From an uncultured Candidatus Micrarchaeota archaeon (GTDB lineage Archaea; Micrarchaeota; Micrarchaeia; Burarchaeales; Fermentimicrarchaeaceae): 64,000 nt of DNA. The stretch's first letter is position 1. Every line of letters begins with the position of its first letter. The notes beneath the pieces were generated by a model. The model saw only the letters and a list, made by a program, of their open reading frames with translations. It was not told the DNA's origin and ran no database searches. The stretch covers positions 128,001-192,000 of the forward strand of contig CAVXDX010000008.1 of NCBI GenBank assembly GCA_963760615.1, read 5' to 3'. Of the stretch, positions 1-10,640 are shown piece by piece. The position numbers and the translations under genes are program-made.

Positions 1-2
1 TG

Positions 3-3000
3 CTGAACAAGCCCGATGCGTACATAAAGGCTGCGGAAAATGCATTGAAGGCGATGGCAATGCCTTCCCAGTACGAGGTGCCCTTCGAGCCCCACGTGCG
101 CTTCTTTAACTTGCCTGAGCAGAGCAGGCCCCTGATTCAGGACATTGGCGCGGACCATGTAGGCAAGCTCATCTGCATTGACGGTCTGATAACCAAAAGG
201 ACGGAGATAAGGCCGAAAGTTAAAGTTATGGAATTGAAGTGCCCGTACTGCGAGCATGTGGAGAAAATTCCTGTTGAGAGGAACACAGTCATACCGGAAA
301 CCTGCTCAAACTGCAAGAGAAAAGGCCTGCAGCACGATGAGGAGGAGTCACGATTCGTAAACTTGCAGAGGGCTGAGGCGCAGGAGCCTCTTGAGAGGAC
401 AAGGGGAGGCGCACAGGCCAGCCACATTGAGGTGTGGATGGAGGATGATTTGGTCAACACAATCAGCCCAGGGCAGAGGGTTGAGGTAACTGCTGTTCTG
501 AGGATAAGACCGTTCAACGAGTCAAGGGGGCAGAGCTCAAGAACAGTCTATTCAAAATACCTTGATGCCGTGCACCTCAAGAGGGTTGAGAAGGAGTTTG
601 AGGAGGTGGACATCAGCAAGGAGGATGAGAAAATTATACTTGAACTCTCAAAAGATGCCAATTTGTACAAGAAGATTGTGGGCTCAATTGCGCCTTCCAT
701 ATACGGGCATGATGAGGTTAAGGAGGCGCTGGGCCTGCAGCTCTTCGGGGGAACTCCGAACAAAATGCTCTCTGATGGGGGGCATATAAGAAGCGATATA
801 CATGTGCTCCTCATAGGTGACCCGGGAGTGAGTAAAACCCGCTTGCTGCAGTACATAACGAACCTTGCTCCCAAGAGTATATATGTGAGCGGTAAGGCAG
901 TGACATCCGCCGGTTTGACTGCAACTGCCGAGAAGGATGAGCTTGGCGATGGCGGATGGACCCTGAAGGCAGGGGCGCTTGTCCTTGCATCCGGTGGTCT
1001 TGCAGGCATAGATGAGTTTGACAAGATTAAGGATGAAGAAGTAGCAGCAATGCACGAGGTAATGGAAAGCCAAAGTTACCACCCACAAACCAAGTTGATG
1101 TTCGCTGATGGCAGGGAGAGACAGATCGGAGAATTTGTTGAAGAGTTAATGCTTTCAGATTCTAGGGATGTAATTAAGGGTAAGGACTGCATGATTCTTA
1201 GACCTAAATACGAGTATAGAGTGCTCACAACTGATTTTAGTAGAATTTATAGCACTGGGATAAGTCAAGTAAGCAAGCATAAGGCACCGGATTATTTCAT
1301 CAGAGTGAAGCTCCAGAGCGGGAGGGAACTTTTGGTAACTCCCGAGCACCCATTCTGGGTTATTGAGGACTGCGATGTGAAGACTGTTGATGCTGAGAAG
1401 CTGAGAGGGGGAGAGTTTATTCCAATGCCTAAATATCTCCCAGTTGAGCATGAAGAGGATGGGTACAGCAAGGAGTTTTACAGATTTCTGGGTTATCATA
1501 TAACCGAAGGAAGCTATGAGCTTAACAGAGGAGTGAAGAATGGGATAAACTTCACGAACAAAAACCAAGAGCTTGTGGACGATTATGTTGATTTAACTAG
1601 TGGAATATTCGGCTCCAAATGTTACATCCAAGAGGATAAGAGGAGTGGCGTAACAAATGCAAGAATAATATCTATGCCAGTTGTAAGGTATCTTTCTTCA
1701 ATCGATTCAAATTTGCTTAGCAAGGGGGTTTCCAAGAACCTGCCAGACCGGTTCCTTGGCGCTAGTGATGAGAAAATAAGAGAGTTTCTGAAGGCAACAT
1801 ACGAGGGTGATGGATCATTTAGCAAGAATACGGTAAGCCTGGTTTGTGAGAACCATAAGTTTGTTGAACAGATTCAGACACTACTGCTTAGGTTTGGCAT
1901 CAGGTCGCATACGTTCAAGGATGGAATTGTCTATAGGATAACAATCAATGGGGAGGAAAATCTCAGAACCTTCTATGAGAAAGTGGGCTTCATTTCTAAT
2001 GAGAAAAATTCTAAGCTCTTGGGGTATTTGAGAAAGGAAAAATCGTATAGAACAGTCACGGATGTTATACCGAATTCCGGGAAGAAGGTATACAAGTTGC
2101 TCAGGGAACTCAAAATACACAGCAGTTATATACTCTCTTCATCGTTGACGACTAATTTCTCGAATAAACACAATTTCACCAGAAGAAGTTTTGAGAAGAT
2201 TGTTTGCAGGATGAACGAGAAAATTGCTGCCATAAGAGAGGCTATTCCAAGCGTGGAAAGGGCAACATCAATTAATGAGCTGGTAAGGATTAGAAAATCC
2301 CTTAACTTATCCCAAAGTGACATTTCTGGAAGGGATGAGAGATTACGGCATCTCGTCTCCTACTACGAAATCAAAAATACGCAAATTGAGAGGTGCAGGA
2401 AGCTTCTGATGGAATGCTGCATGAAGAAACTGGAGGCTGAAAGAGAAGTCGATAGGCTGGGAAGGCTTGCGCAAAGCGATATCAGATGGTGCAAGGTTGT
2501 CTCTGTTGATAAAGTTGAGAATGAGAATATTGAATGGGTTTACGATGTTGCAGTTGAGCCAACTAAAGCATTCGTATCAGAGTGCGCCGTGCTGCACAAC
2601 AGCGTCTCAGTTGCGAAGGCGGGTATAGTCGCAAAGTTTAAGGCCAAGACATCCATACTCGCAGCAGCAAACCCCAAGTTCGGAAGGTTCGACCCAATGG
2701 GGTATCCTGCGGACCAGTTTGATATTCCTCCTACAATACTCTCAAGGTTTGACTTGATTTTCCCAATAAAGGATATTCTTGATGAGGAGAAGGACAGGAA
2801 ACTTGCGAGCTTCATACTTGACCAGCACACAGCTGCGGGAAAGAGGGTTGAGAAGACCATAACCGAGGAGGAGGAGATAAGGCCGCCCATAGAGGCGGAT
2901 ATGCTCAGAAAGTACATTGCCTACGCGAGGAGGAGAATTTCGCCTGTTCTGACTCCGGAAGCCAGCGACAAGATAAGGGAGTATTACGTTGAGCTGAGGA

Positions 3001-3440
3001 GGATTGGCGCTACGCAGGGCGCAGTCCCCATAACCCCGAGGTATATTGAAGGAATGGTGAGGCTTGCAGAGGCAAGTGCTAAGGTAAGGCTAAGCAAGAG
3101 GGTGGAGCTGGCAGATGCTGAGAGGGCGATAAAGCTCATGGACTTCATGCTCAAATCAATAACAATGGACAAGGGGCTGGGCAGAATAGACATAGATATA
3201 ATAACGACAGGCCAGCCAAAGTCAAAAGCAGACAGAATAAGGAATATAATTGACATAGTGAAGGAGCTTGAGAAAGAATATGACTTGGTTGAGATTGAGA
3301 AGGTAGTTGAGGAGGCAAAGAAGTACGGGCTCGATGAGACAACAACAAGAAGGATGATTGACGAGATGCTTAGGAAAACAGGGGAGCTGTACGAGCCAAA
3401 GCACGGGCATGTGAAGGTTGTTAGGCCGAAGGTGGAGTGA
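3..3440 (+). CDS. mcm: MCM replicative helicase, 5'-truncated by the window edge, intein-containing
   Basis: Frame open from base 3; Zn finger CPYC..CSNC, Walker A GDPGVSKT, Walker B IDEFDK, AAANPKFGRF, arginine finger SRFD, C-terminal winged helix. Confidence 0.97.
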   Translation: MNKPDAYIKAAENALKAMAMPSQYEVPFEPHVRFFNLPEQSRPLIQDIGADHVGKLICIDGLITKRTEIRPKVKVMELKCPYCEHVEKIPVERNTVIPETCSNCKRKGLQHDEEESRFVNLQRAEAQEPLERTRGGAQASHIEVWMEDDLVNTISPGQRVEVTAVLRIRPFNESRGQSSRTVYSKYLDAVHLKRVEKEFEEVDISKEDEKIILELSKDANLYKKIVGSIAPSIYGHDEVKEALGLQLFGGTPNKMLSDGGHIRSDIHVLLIGDPGVSKTRLLQYITNLAPKSIYVSGKAVTSAGLTATAEKDELGDGGWTLKAGALVLASGGLAGIDEFDKIKDEEVAAMHEVMESQSYHPQTKLMFADGRERQIGEFVEELMLSDSRDVIKGKDCMILRPKYEYRVLTTDFSRIYSTGISQVSKHKAPDYFIRVKLQSGRELLVTPEHPFWVIEDCDVKTVDAEKLRGGEFIPMPKYLPVEHEEDGYSKEFYRFLGYHITEGSYELNRGVKNGINFTNKNQELVDDYVDLTSGIFGSKCYIQEDKRSGVTNARIISMPVVRYLSSIDSNLLSKGVSKNLPDRFLGASDEKIREFLKATYEGDGSFSKNTVSLVCENHKFVEQIQTLLLRFGIRSHTFKDGIVYRITINGEENLRTFYEKVGFISNEKNSKLLGYLRKEKSYRTVTDVIPNSGKKVYKLLRELKIHSSYILSSSLTTNFSNKHNFTRRSFEKIVCRMNEKIAAIREAIPSVERATSINELVRIRKSLNLSQSDISGRDERLRHLVSYYEIKNTQIERCRKLLMECCMKKLEAEREVDRLGRLAQSDIRWCKVVSVDKVENENIEWVYDVAVEPTKAFVSECAVLHNSVSVAKAGIVAKFKAKTSILAAANPKFGRFDPMGYPADQFDIPPTILSRFDLIFPIKDILDEEKDRKLASFILDQHTAAGKRVEKTITEEEEIRPPIEADMLRKYIAYARRRISPVLTPEASDKIREYYVELRRIGATQGAVPITPRYIEGMVRLAEASAKVRLSKRVELADAERAIKLMDFMLKSITMDKGLGRIDIDIITTGQPKSKADRIRNIIDIVKELEKEYDLVEIEKVVEEAKKYGLDETTTRRMIDEMLRKTGELYEPKHGHVKVVRPKVE
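1074..2600 (+). mobile_element. Intein (509 aa) with LAGLIDADG homing endonuclease in MCM
   Basis: Interrupts HEVMESQ|SVSVAKAG; block A SYHPQTKLMFADG, block B TPEH, LAGLIDADG-like FLGYHITEG and FLKATYEGDG, block F WVYDVAV, C-terminal His-Asn followed by Ser; visibly more AT-rich than the exteins. Confidence 0.95.
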
Positions 3441-4288
3441 TGAATCACATAGCAAGGATAGTTGCAATGTTCCTCCTTGCGCAATTCATCGGCCTGTTTG
3501 TCGGCATTCAGATGGTGGGGAACAAGGAGGTGTACGGTCCCTATAACGTCACGCCGAACCAGCAGCCCGAGGATGCTGGGAACTCCATAATCTTTCTTCT
3601 CTATGTCATCGCCGTTGCTGTTGTGGTGGTGCTCGTAATAAGATACTTAAGGTGGGCCGCATTTCTCTTCAGGGCGCTTGAGCTTTTCACAATATTCATA
3701 ACTTCAGCACTTGTCTTTGTTGTGTTCCTGTCCTATTTCAGCATGCCTCACGCTTTTGAGATAAGCATCGTGCTCTCAGCGCTGCTGGTTGTCCTCAAGT
3801 TCCTCTACCCGAAAATAAAGAATGTCACAGCAATAATCTCCAGCTCGGCTGTGGGAGCCCTATTCGGCTTCTCATTCACTATCGTCCCAACTCTGCTCTT
3901 CATAATTCTGATTTCTCTCTATGACTTCATATCCGTCTTCGTAACAAGGCACATGGTGTACATGGCGAAGGAGATGAGCAAGATGGATCTGTCCTTCTCC
4001 GTCTCCAGCAGGGAGAAGAGGTACGTGAAGGAAAGAGGCAAGAGGAAGGAGGAGGAGTTCGCTCTTGAGCTCGGAAGTGGGGATATAGCAATACCGCTCA
4101 TGCTTGCAGTTTCGGCCTACAACAGCTTCACCCTTGTGGATTCATTGGCAGTTGTGCTCGGCTCAACCATAGGTTTGATTGTCGTGCTCTACTATGTAAC
4201 TACGAGAAGGGTTTTCCTTCCTGCTCTGCCGCCCCTATGCTTCTCCGGTGTGCTGTTCCTCGCCATTTCGAGGCTGCTGCTACACTGA
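3437..4288 (+). CDS. Presenilin/signal-peptide-peptidase-like intramembrane aspartyl protease (A22)
   Basis: Multi-TM protein with YD, LGSGD (GxGD) and PALPP motifs. Confidence 0.9.
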   Translation: MMNHIARIVAMFLLAQFIGLFVGIQMVGNKEVYGPYNVTPNQQPEDAGNSIIFLLYVIAVAVVVVLVIRYLRWAAFLFRALELFTIFITSALVFVVFLSYFSMPHAFEISIVLSALLVVLKFLYPKIKNVTAIISSSAVGALFGFSFTIVPTLLFIILISLYDFISVFVTRHMVYMAKEMSKMDLSFSVSSREKRYVKERGKRKEEEFALELGSGDIAIPLMLAVSAYNSFTLVDSLAVVLGSTIGLIVVLYYVTTRRVFLPALPPLCFSGVLFLAISRLLLH

Positions 4289-4320
4289 GTTTAAATTATT
4301 ATCTGCATATAGATGATACT

Positions 4321-4725
4321 ATGGAGTATGATGCGCTCCTTGAGAGAGCATATTCATCCCTGCCTGAAAAGGCGGGCAGCGCCGGCAGATTTGAGATGCC
4401 GGTAGCAGAGAGCTTCATCCAGGGGAACAAGACAATAATAAAGAACTTTGATGATATTTGCACCAAGTTGAGGAGAACTCCTGAGGAGGTAATGAAATAC
4501 CTCTCAAGGGAGCTGGCAGTGCCCATGGGAAGAGAGGGGGCGGGACTTGTGCTGCAGGGAAAATTCTACGACAGGGCGCTTAACGAGAAGCTGAAAAAGT
4601 ATGTAGGAACATATGTGATATGCAAGGAGTGCAAGCAAGCAGACACGAAAATAGTTGGGCTTGAGAGGGGGGCGAAGGTTATAATCTGCGAGGCGTGCGG
4701 AGCCAGGTCTCCGCTGAGGGTTTGA
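4321..4725 (+). CDS. eif2b: Translation initiation factor 2 beta subunit
   Basis: YDALLERAY N-terminus, RFEMP, C-terminal CKEC..CEACG Zn ribbon; ATG at 4321. Confidence 0.95.
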   Translation: MEYDALLERAYSSLPEKAGSAGRFEMPVAESFIQGNKTIIKNFDDICTKLRRTPEEVMKYLSRELAVPMGREGAGLVLQGKFYDRALNEKLKKYVGTYVICKECKQADTKIVGLERGAKVIICEACGARSPLRV

Positions 4726-4726
4726 T

Positions 4727-5017
4727 ATGCCTGAAGAAGCTGAACCGTTTGCAAGGGTGAGACTGCCTAGGAAGGGAGAGGTGCTGGGAGTTGTCATAGG
4801 CATGATGGGTGCGAGCAGGATGCTTGTTGAATGCATAGACGGGAAGGAAAGGATGGTCAGGATACCTGGCAAGATAAAGAGAACAATTTGGGTGAAGTCT
4901 GGGGATGTGGTGCTTGTGAAGCCCTGGGAGGTTGAGGCTGACAAGAAGGCTGATTTGGTCTGGAGATACACCCGACTGCAGGCTGACTGGCTAAGAAGGG
5001 AAGGACATCTGAAGTGA
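4727..5017 (+). CDS. eif1a: Translation initiation factor 1A
   Basis: RVRLPRKGEVLGVV...RIPGKIKRTIWVKSGDVVLV OB fold. Confidence 0.95.
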   Translation: MPEEAEPFARVRLPRKGEVLGVVIGMMGASRMLVECIDGKERMVRIPGKIKRTIWVKSGDVVLVKPWEVEADKKADLVWRYTRLQADWLRREGHLK

Positions 5018-5021
5018 GGGC

Positions 5022-5790
5022 ATGGCGAGGAGGCTCTCAACAAGGAAGAAACCTGACAGGGAGGACAAGCAGCTAAAGGAAAGGAAGAAGATTGAGTCTG
5101 ACGTTTTTGACAGATACTCCATGCTCATTCTGGGGGGATTTTTGAATAGAAAAGTGCTTAAGAGTGTGGATTACCCAATAGCGAGCGGGAAGGAGGCTTT
5201 TGTCTTCCGCGCAACAGCAGGGGAGAAGTTCGACAGGGGTGAAGGTTACATTGCGGTGAAGATATACAAGGTTGAGACGAGTGATTTTACGAGGATGCAA
5301 GCATATATAACCGGAGACCCGCGCTTCCTTGGGGTGAAGAGGAACAAGAGCGACCTTGTCTATGCCTGGACGAGGAAGGAGTTCAGAAACTTGGAAATAT
5401 GCGCGGATGCAGGGGTGCCTGCCCCTGAGCCTTACCTATTCAAGAACAATGTGCTGCTCATGCAGTTCCTTGGGGAGGAAGGGATTCCTGATTCTCCGCT
5501 TGTGGATGTGGGGAGCGACAACCCCGAGAAGGACTGCGGAGACTTTGCTGGGTGACATAAAGAAGCTGTATGAGAAGGAGTTCGTTCATGCCGATGTGAG
5601 CGAGTTCAACGTGCTCATGCATGGGGAAGTGCCTTACCTAATAGACTGCGGGCAGGGAGTGCTGCTGGAGCACCCGAAGGCGGAGCAATTCTTGAGAAGG
5701 GATGTGGAGAACGTGCTGAGGTATTTCAGAAAGTACGGAGTGGAGAGGAATTTTGATGAAGTTATGAAGTGGGTGAAGGGCTCTGTATAA
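5022..5790 (+). CDS. rio1: RIO1 serine/threonine kinase, one apparent frameshift near 5540
   Basis: IASGKEAFVF, AVKIYK, WTRKEFRNL in the first frame; VHADVSEFNVL and LIDCGQ in the second; position after aIF1A. Confidence 0.9.
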
Positions 5791-5847
5791 CTCGTTATAC
5801 CTAATTATTTATAAACTCAAAATGAGTAAATATATCGGTGATAGCTT

Positions 5848-6555
5848 ATGGTCATAGTAAAAGTTCATGACGAGATCGCAAAACATCATGGGGGGGATAC
5901 TGCTACATGGATCGACGAGATTAGGAGGCAGAAAGATAACGAGGGTATTAGGAAGAAAATGCAGGAATTCGCAGAGAAGCACGGTTCAGATGTTAAAATG
6001 GTTGGTGGCCTAAGCGGTGCTTTGCTTGAGGGGTTCAAAAGGGTCAAGGACAACAATACAAAAGCTACTTACGGCAGTGCAATGATTTATCTTGCTAAGA
6101 GCCTGAATGAGAGGGATGAGGAGCTTATGGGTAAGTTGGATGTTTTTAATAAGGCAGTTGAGGAAAAAGGCGGCACGGTTTGGGTTGTGAAGAGAGACAC
6201 GAAGATTGGGGATATGATGAGCTTTTCCAGCGACTTGATGGGAATGGAGATTAAAAAGAATACCGATAATATGCTCTCAGTCAGGAATGGGGCGATTCCT
6301 GTGAAGGAAAACAGTGGAAAGGTCATTGCCGAGGAGACTGAGAAGTTTATGAAGTTGCTAATGAGCACGTATTACAGAAGCGGTTATGCGGTTGGGATTG
6401 AAAATATTATAACGGGCGTGACAAGCAACTTGGCTGTTTGGGGAGACGAAGTAAGAGACGGAATTAATCGTGCAACTGCAGAAGCAGAGTCATTGGGGAT
6501 AGATGTCAAAAAACTCGAACGCACGGCAACATTCAGCTCAGTAAAAGCAGAATGA
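5848..6555 (+). CDS. Hypothetical protein
   Basis: 235-aa ORF with upstream TTTATAAA box and GGTGA SD; no family recognised. Confidence 0.7.
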   Translation: MVIVKVHDEIAKHHGGDTATWIDEIRRQKDNEGIRKKMQEFAEKHGSDVKMVGGLSGALLEGFKRVKDNNTKATYGSAMIYLAKSLNERDEELMGKLDVFNKAVEEKGGTVWVVKRDTKIGDMMSFSSDLMGMEIKKNTDNMLSVRNGAIPVKENSGKVIAEETEKFMKLLMSTYYRSGYAVGIENIITGVTSNLAVWGDEVRDGINRATAEAESLGIDVKKLERTATFSSVKAE

Positions 6556-6568
6556 GGAAAGTTGGAGA

Positions 6569-7204
6569 TTATTTATAGCCGAACTCTCCAATGAGAGGGA
6601 CAAAGACAACAGGCATAAGGTTGGATGTCTCTTCTCCAAATCTTGTTTTAACAATAAGCTCCAAATCCTGAAATATTCTTGAGCCAACTGGTATGAGCAG
6701 TTTTCCCTCATCTTTAAGCTGGTCCACCAAGGGCTGCGGAATGGAGGGTGATGCAGCCGTGACAATTATCCTGTCGTATGGAGCTTCTTGGGGATAGCCT
6801 TTCGTGCCATCTCCCTCAACAAACTTAACATTTGCATAACCAGCCTTCTCAACATTTGCTTTTGCAAGCTCTATGAGTTCCGGAATCCTCTCAACGGTGT
6901 AGACTGCCCCCGAGCTGCCTGTAAGCTCCGCGAGGATTGCCGCTTGGTAACCGCTTCCCGAGCCTATCTCCAGTATCTTCATGCCCTCATGCACATCGAG
7001 GGATTTGCTCATGAACGCAACGATGCTCGGGGCAGAGATGGTCTGTCCGAATCCTATTGGCAGAGGAGTATCGGAGTAGGCGCTTCTCGCATGTTCGGAA
7101 GGGACGAACAACTCCCGCGGGACCTTCTCCATGGCTTTAACAACCCTCTCATCTGCATAGCCCTGCCCGTAGAGAAGCTGAATCATATCCTCATTGCGGC
7201 CCAT
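6569..7204 (-). CDS. pcm: Protein-L-isoaspartate O-methyltransferase
   Basis: GQTISAP, LEIGSGSGY SAM motif, APYDRIIVTAA. Confidence 0.95.
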   Translation of the reverse strand: MGRNEDMIQLLYGQGYADERVVKAMEKVPRELFVPSEHARSAYSDTPLPIGFGQTISAPSIVAFMSKSLDVHEGMKILEIGSGSGYQAAILAELTGSSGAVYTVERIPELIELAKANVEKAGYANVKFVEGDGTKGYPQEAPYDRIIVTAASPSIPQPLVDQLKDEGKLLIPVGSRIFQDLELIVKTRFGEETSNLMPVVFVPLIGEFGYK

Positions 7205-7339
7205 ACTATGCTTGTGGAAAAGGGGGGATTAATAGCTTTCCCCAGAAGGCTGAAAAACGCTCTTTGCAGCAAATTTACCGACGTAAAACAGAAGAGAAGT
7301 TTTTTATATTCTCTCATTCAAATACTATTAGTGAGAGCA

Positions 7340-7864
7340 ATGCAGGTAGTGAAAATTCCCGGCGAGCGAGTGCCAGTTATAATAGGCAAAAACGGTGAAG
7401 TGAAGAGGGAAATTCAGAGAAAAGGCAATGTGGAACTCAACGTGGATGAGGAGGGAGAGGTGGAGATAAGCAGTGAGAGCAGCATTGATGAGTGGAGGAC
7501 TACGGAAGTTGTCAAGGCAATCGGGAGGGGCTTCAGCCCTGAAAAGGCTTTCAAGCTATTCAGCGATGAGATATACCTGAAAATAATTGACTTGAAGCAG
7601 ATATTCAGCAGCGACAAGGATATAACCAGACAAAAGGGAAGGGTGATAGGCCACGCTGGGAAGGCGAAGAGGGTGATTGAGGCGACCAGCGGCGCTGATT
7701 TGTGCATATACGGCAACACAATAAGCATGATTGGCGGGCTGGATGAGCTGGGTCTTGCCGAGATCGCGGTGAGCAAGCTGCTTGAGGGAGCAAGCCACGC
7801 AAAGGTTTACTCCATGCTCGAGAGGGGAAGGAGAAGAGTGAAGGAAGAGAGAATGTTGGGGTAG
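7340..7864 (+). CDS. KH-domain RNA-processing protein (Dim2/Pno1-like)
   Basis: IIGKNG and GRVIGHAG KH motifs, VVKAIGRGF; ATG at 7340, so the longer ORF-track start is unlikely. Confidence 0.9.
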   Translation: MQVVKIPGERVPVIIGKNGEVKREIQRKGNVELNVDEEGEVEISSESSIDEWRTTEVVKAIGRGFSPEKAFKLFSDEIYLKIIDLKQIFSSDKDITRQKGRVIGHAGKAKRVIEATSGADLCIYGNTISMIGGLDELGLAEIAVSKLLEGASHAKVYSMLERGRRRVKEERMLG

Positions 7865-7869
7865 AGATA

Positions 7870-9515
7870 ATGGAAGAGGAAAAAGAATTGGAAAACGAAG
7901 TGAACGGAAGCGAGATTTTCAAGGAGTTCAGGGAGTATTCTGTTGTTGAGTTCTTCAAGAAGAACAGGCAGATGCTGGGCTTCGCAGGAAAAGTTAGGTC
8001 GCTTACAACTATTGTCCATGAATATTGTACCAACTCGCTTGATGCGGCGGAAGAGGCCCACATACTCCCGGAGATAATGATTAAGGTTGAAGAGTTGCCT
8101 GACGGGCACGTGAAGGTTATAATCCAGGATAACGGGCCAGGCATACCGGAGAGCCACCTGGGAAAGGCAATGGGCATGATGCTGGCCGGGACGAAGTTTC
8201 ACAGGTATATGCAGCAGAGGGGGCAGCAGGGCATAGGAGGTGCGGGCTGCACCTTGTTCTCGCAGATAACAACGGGAAAAGCAACAAAAATGAGGTCTGG
8301 GCTGGGCGACGGCAAGGTGTACGAATGCGAGATGAAGATTGACGTGAAGAACAACCAGCCAGTAATAACAAACCAAAGCGAATTCATGGGAAACTTCAGA
8401 GGGTTGAGAATTGAGGCGGAGTTCGCGGAAGTGAAGTATGACAAGAGCGAGCACGGCGTGTATGAATACCTAAAGAGGACTGCCATGGCAAACCCTCATG
8501 CACAAATCACATTAATAGAGCCAACAGGGGAGAAGCACGTGTTCCAGAGGGCTTCTGAAAAAATCCCCGAGAAGCCTGCGGAGATACAGCCGCATCCGCT
8601 TGGAGTCACAACCGGGGATTTAGTTGACATAGCGCACAGGACTGATTCGAGAAAGCTCTCATCTTTCTTCGAGCAACGCCTTCTCAAGAGTGAGCTCTGC
8701 GAAGGTTGAGGAACTGGCGAAGCTTGTTCCCGCTGTTAATTTTGATAAGGCGCCAAAAGATTTGAAGTGGCCCGAAGCAGAGGCAATAGTGAACTCAATA
8801 AAGACTTTGAAGTGGATAGCCCCGCCGACAGACGCGCTGAGGCAACTGGGGGGCCCAGATTTGAGAAGGCTCTGAAAAATATACTTGCTCCCTGAGTTCA
8901 TACCATGAGCGAGAGAAAGCCAAAGGTGTTCAGGGGTGGAATTCCATTCATGGTGGAGGCTGCAATAGCCTACGGTGGAAATTCGGGAAGAGCCAAACCT
9001 GATGGAACAGAGGGGAGGGGATATCATAAGGTACGCAAACAGGGTTCCGCTCATGTTCGATGGAGGCTCGTGCGCAATAACCGAGGCCGTGAAGAATATT
9101 GACTGGAAGAGGTATGACATAAAGGATTTTGACAACGCGCCAGTCAGTGTTTTCACAAACTTCCTCAGTTCATGTTCCTTACACCGGAACTGGGAAGCAG
9201 GCAATAACCATGGAGGATGAGATAGTAGAGGAGATAAGGTATGCAATAATGGAGGTTGCAAGGGATTTGCAGGTTTACCTGAGAGGGAAGATAAGGGAGA
9301 TGGACAGGAACGCAAGAAGAAGATAATCATGAGGTATGTAAAGGAGCTCTCGAAGGATTTGGCTGACCTTGCTGGAGAGAGCGCTCCAGCGGATATCGAG
9401 AAGAAGCTTGTGAATCTTGTTGAAAATGAGATCTGAGAAGATTGAAGGAGATGCCGAGGAGGCAGGAAAGGTTGAGAGGGTAAAGGAGGATGAGGAAGAT
9501 GAAAAAGAAGAGTGA
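7870..9515 (+). CDS. top6B: DNA topoisomerase VI subunit B, multiple indels after ~8670
   Basis: GHKL motifs [29 protein letters not shown]; later fragments in other frames ([23 protein letters not shown]). Confidence 0.9.
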
Positions 9516-10604
9516 CGAATCGGAGGTTCTGAAGAAGCTCGAGGGGCTTGGGAAGGACATGCTTAAGGAGATAGACACGGGTGAGGCTCCAACTTTCGAG
9601 TGCCTGCTAAGGAGCAGAGGGAATATACTGTTTGATGAAAACTTGGGTTACATAAAGCTTGGCGACAAGAGGGAAACCAGAACCTTCCTCAATGTTTGGG
9701 CAGGCAAAGAAGTTCATGCAGACCGTTGCGGTTGCTTCGAAATGCAAGAATAGCCTAAGGAGAATTCCCACACAGCATAAGAGGTTTATTCTACCAGCTC
9801 AAATTCACGCTTGGTGATAGTGTTGATGAGGATTTGTTCTCAGAGCAGAGCGAGAGCAACCCTCTTGTAGAGGATTTGGAAGTTGCTTTGGATGTGAAGA
9901 GAGAGGATTTGAACCTCAATACAGACAGGAAGGGGGTTGTCGCTGGAAATTTGGTGCTCAGGGACAAGTTCGGAGGCGCAACAGATGAGATAGACTGCTC
10001 CAAGCAGGGGAGAAGCTAGGTAGTAGTTCCCAGCGATGTAGATAATGGAATGGATTTCGTGAGCGTGGATGCGGATTCGTTCTTGTTGTCGAGAAGGATG
10101 CTCTCTGGCAGAGGTTGAATGAGGATAAGTTCTGGAAGAAGGAGAACTGCGTGCTCATAACTCCGAAGGGGCAGTCCTCAAGGGGATGCAGGAGGCTCAT
10201 AAGGAGGCTGGCGGACAAGAACTGCCTGTATACTGCTTCACGGACTGTGATGCCTGGGGGTGGTACATCTACTGGGCAATAAAGACAGGAAGCATGAATC
10301 TTGCTTATTTGGGAAGCGACATTGCAACTCCCGAGGCGAGGTTCATTGGAGTCACAATGAAAGACATAATGGATTATGATTTTCTGGGCAAGCTCACTAT
10401 AAAGACAAAAGATGTTGATTTGAAGAGGGCTGAGGAGATGCTCACCTACCCCTGGATAACTGCTCACAAGGAATGGGTGGAGGAGTTGAAGACTGTGCTT
10501 GCCACAAAGAAGAAGATTGAGCAGGATGCGCTGCAGGGGCCAAGGCTGTCTTTCGTTGGTGAGTATGTGAGGGAAAGATTAACAATAAGAAGTTCCTGCC
10601 CTAG
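9499..10604 (+). CDS. top6A: DNA topoisomerase VI subunit A (Spo11-like), multiple indels
   Basis: Fragments IRGLFYQLK (catalytic Tyr), VVEKDA, DCDAWG TOPRIM motif, KIEQDAL across several frames. Confidence 0.88.
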
Positions 10605-10640
10605 AGGTTTAAATATTCAGCATTCCTAATCTTAGCTCAA

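Noticed and set aside
3437-4288. A22 GxGD protease as the prepilin peptidase for the pilin cluster
   Set aside because: It has presenilin-type YD/GxGD/PAL motifs, not the A24 architecture, and lies over 30 kb from the cluster.
5530-5556. Programmed frameshift or stop readthrough (Sec/Pyl) in rio1 and top6
   Set aside because: Indels go in both directions, lack slippery sites, and cluster regionally; sequencing error is more parsimonious.
6788-7339. Long N-terminal extension of the KH protein in the ORF track
   Set aside because: It is antisense to pcm; a TATA-like box and ATG at 7340 give a normal-length protein.
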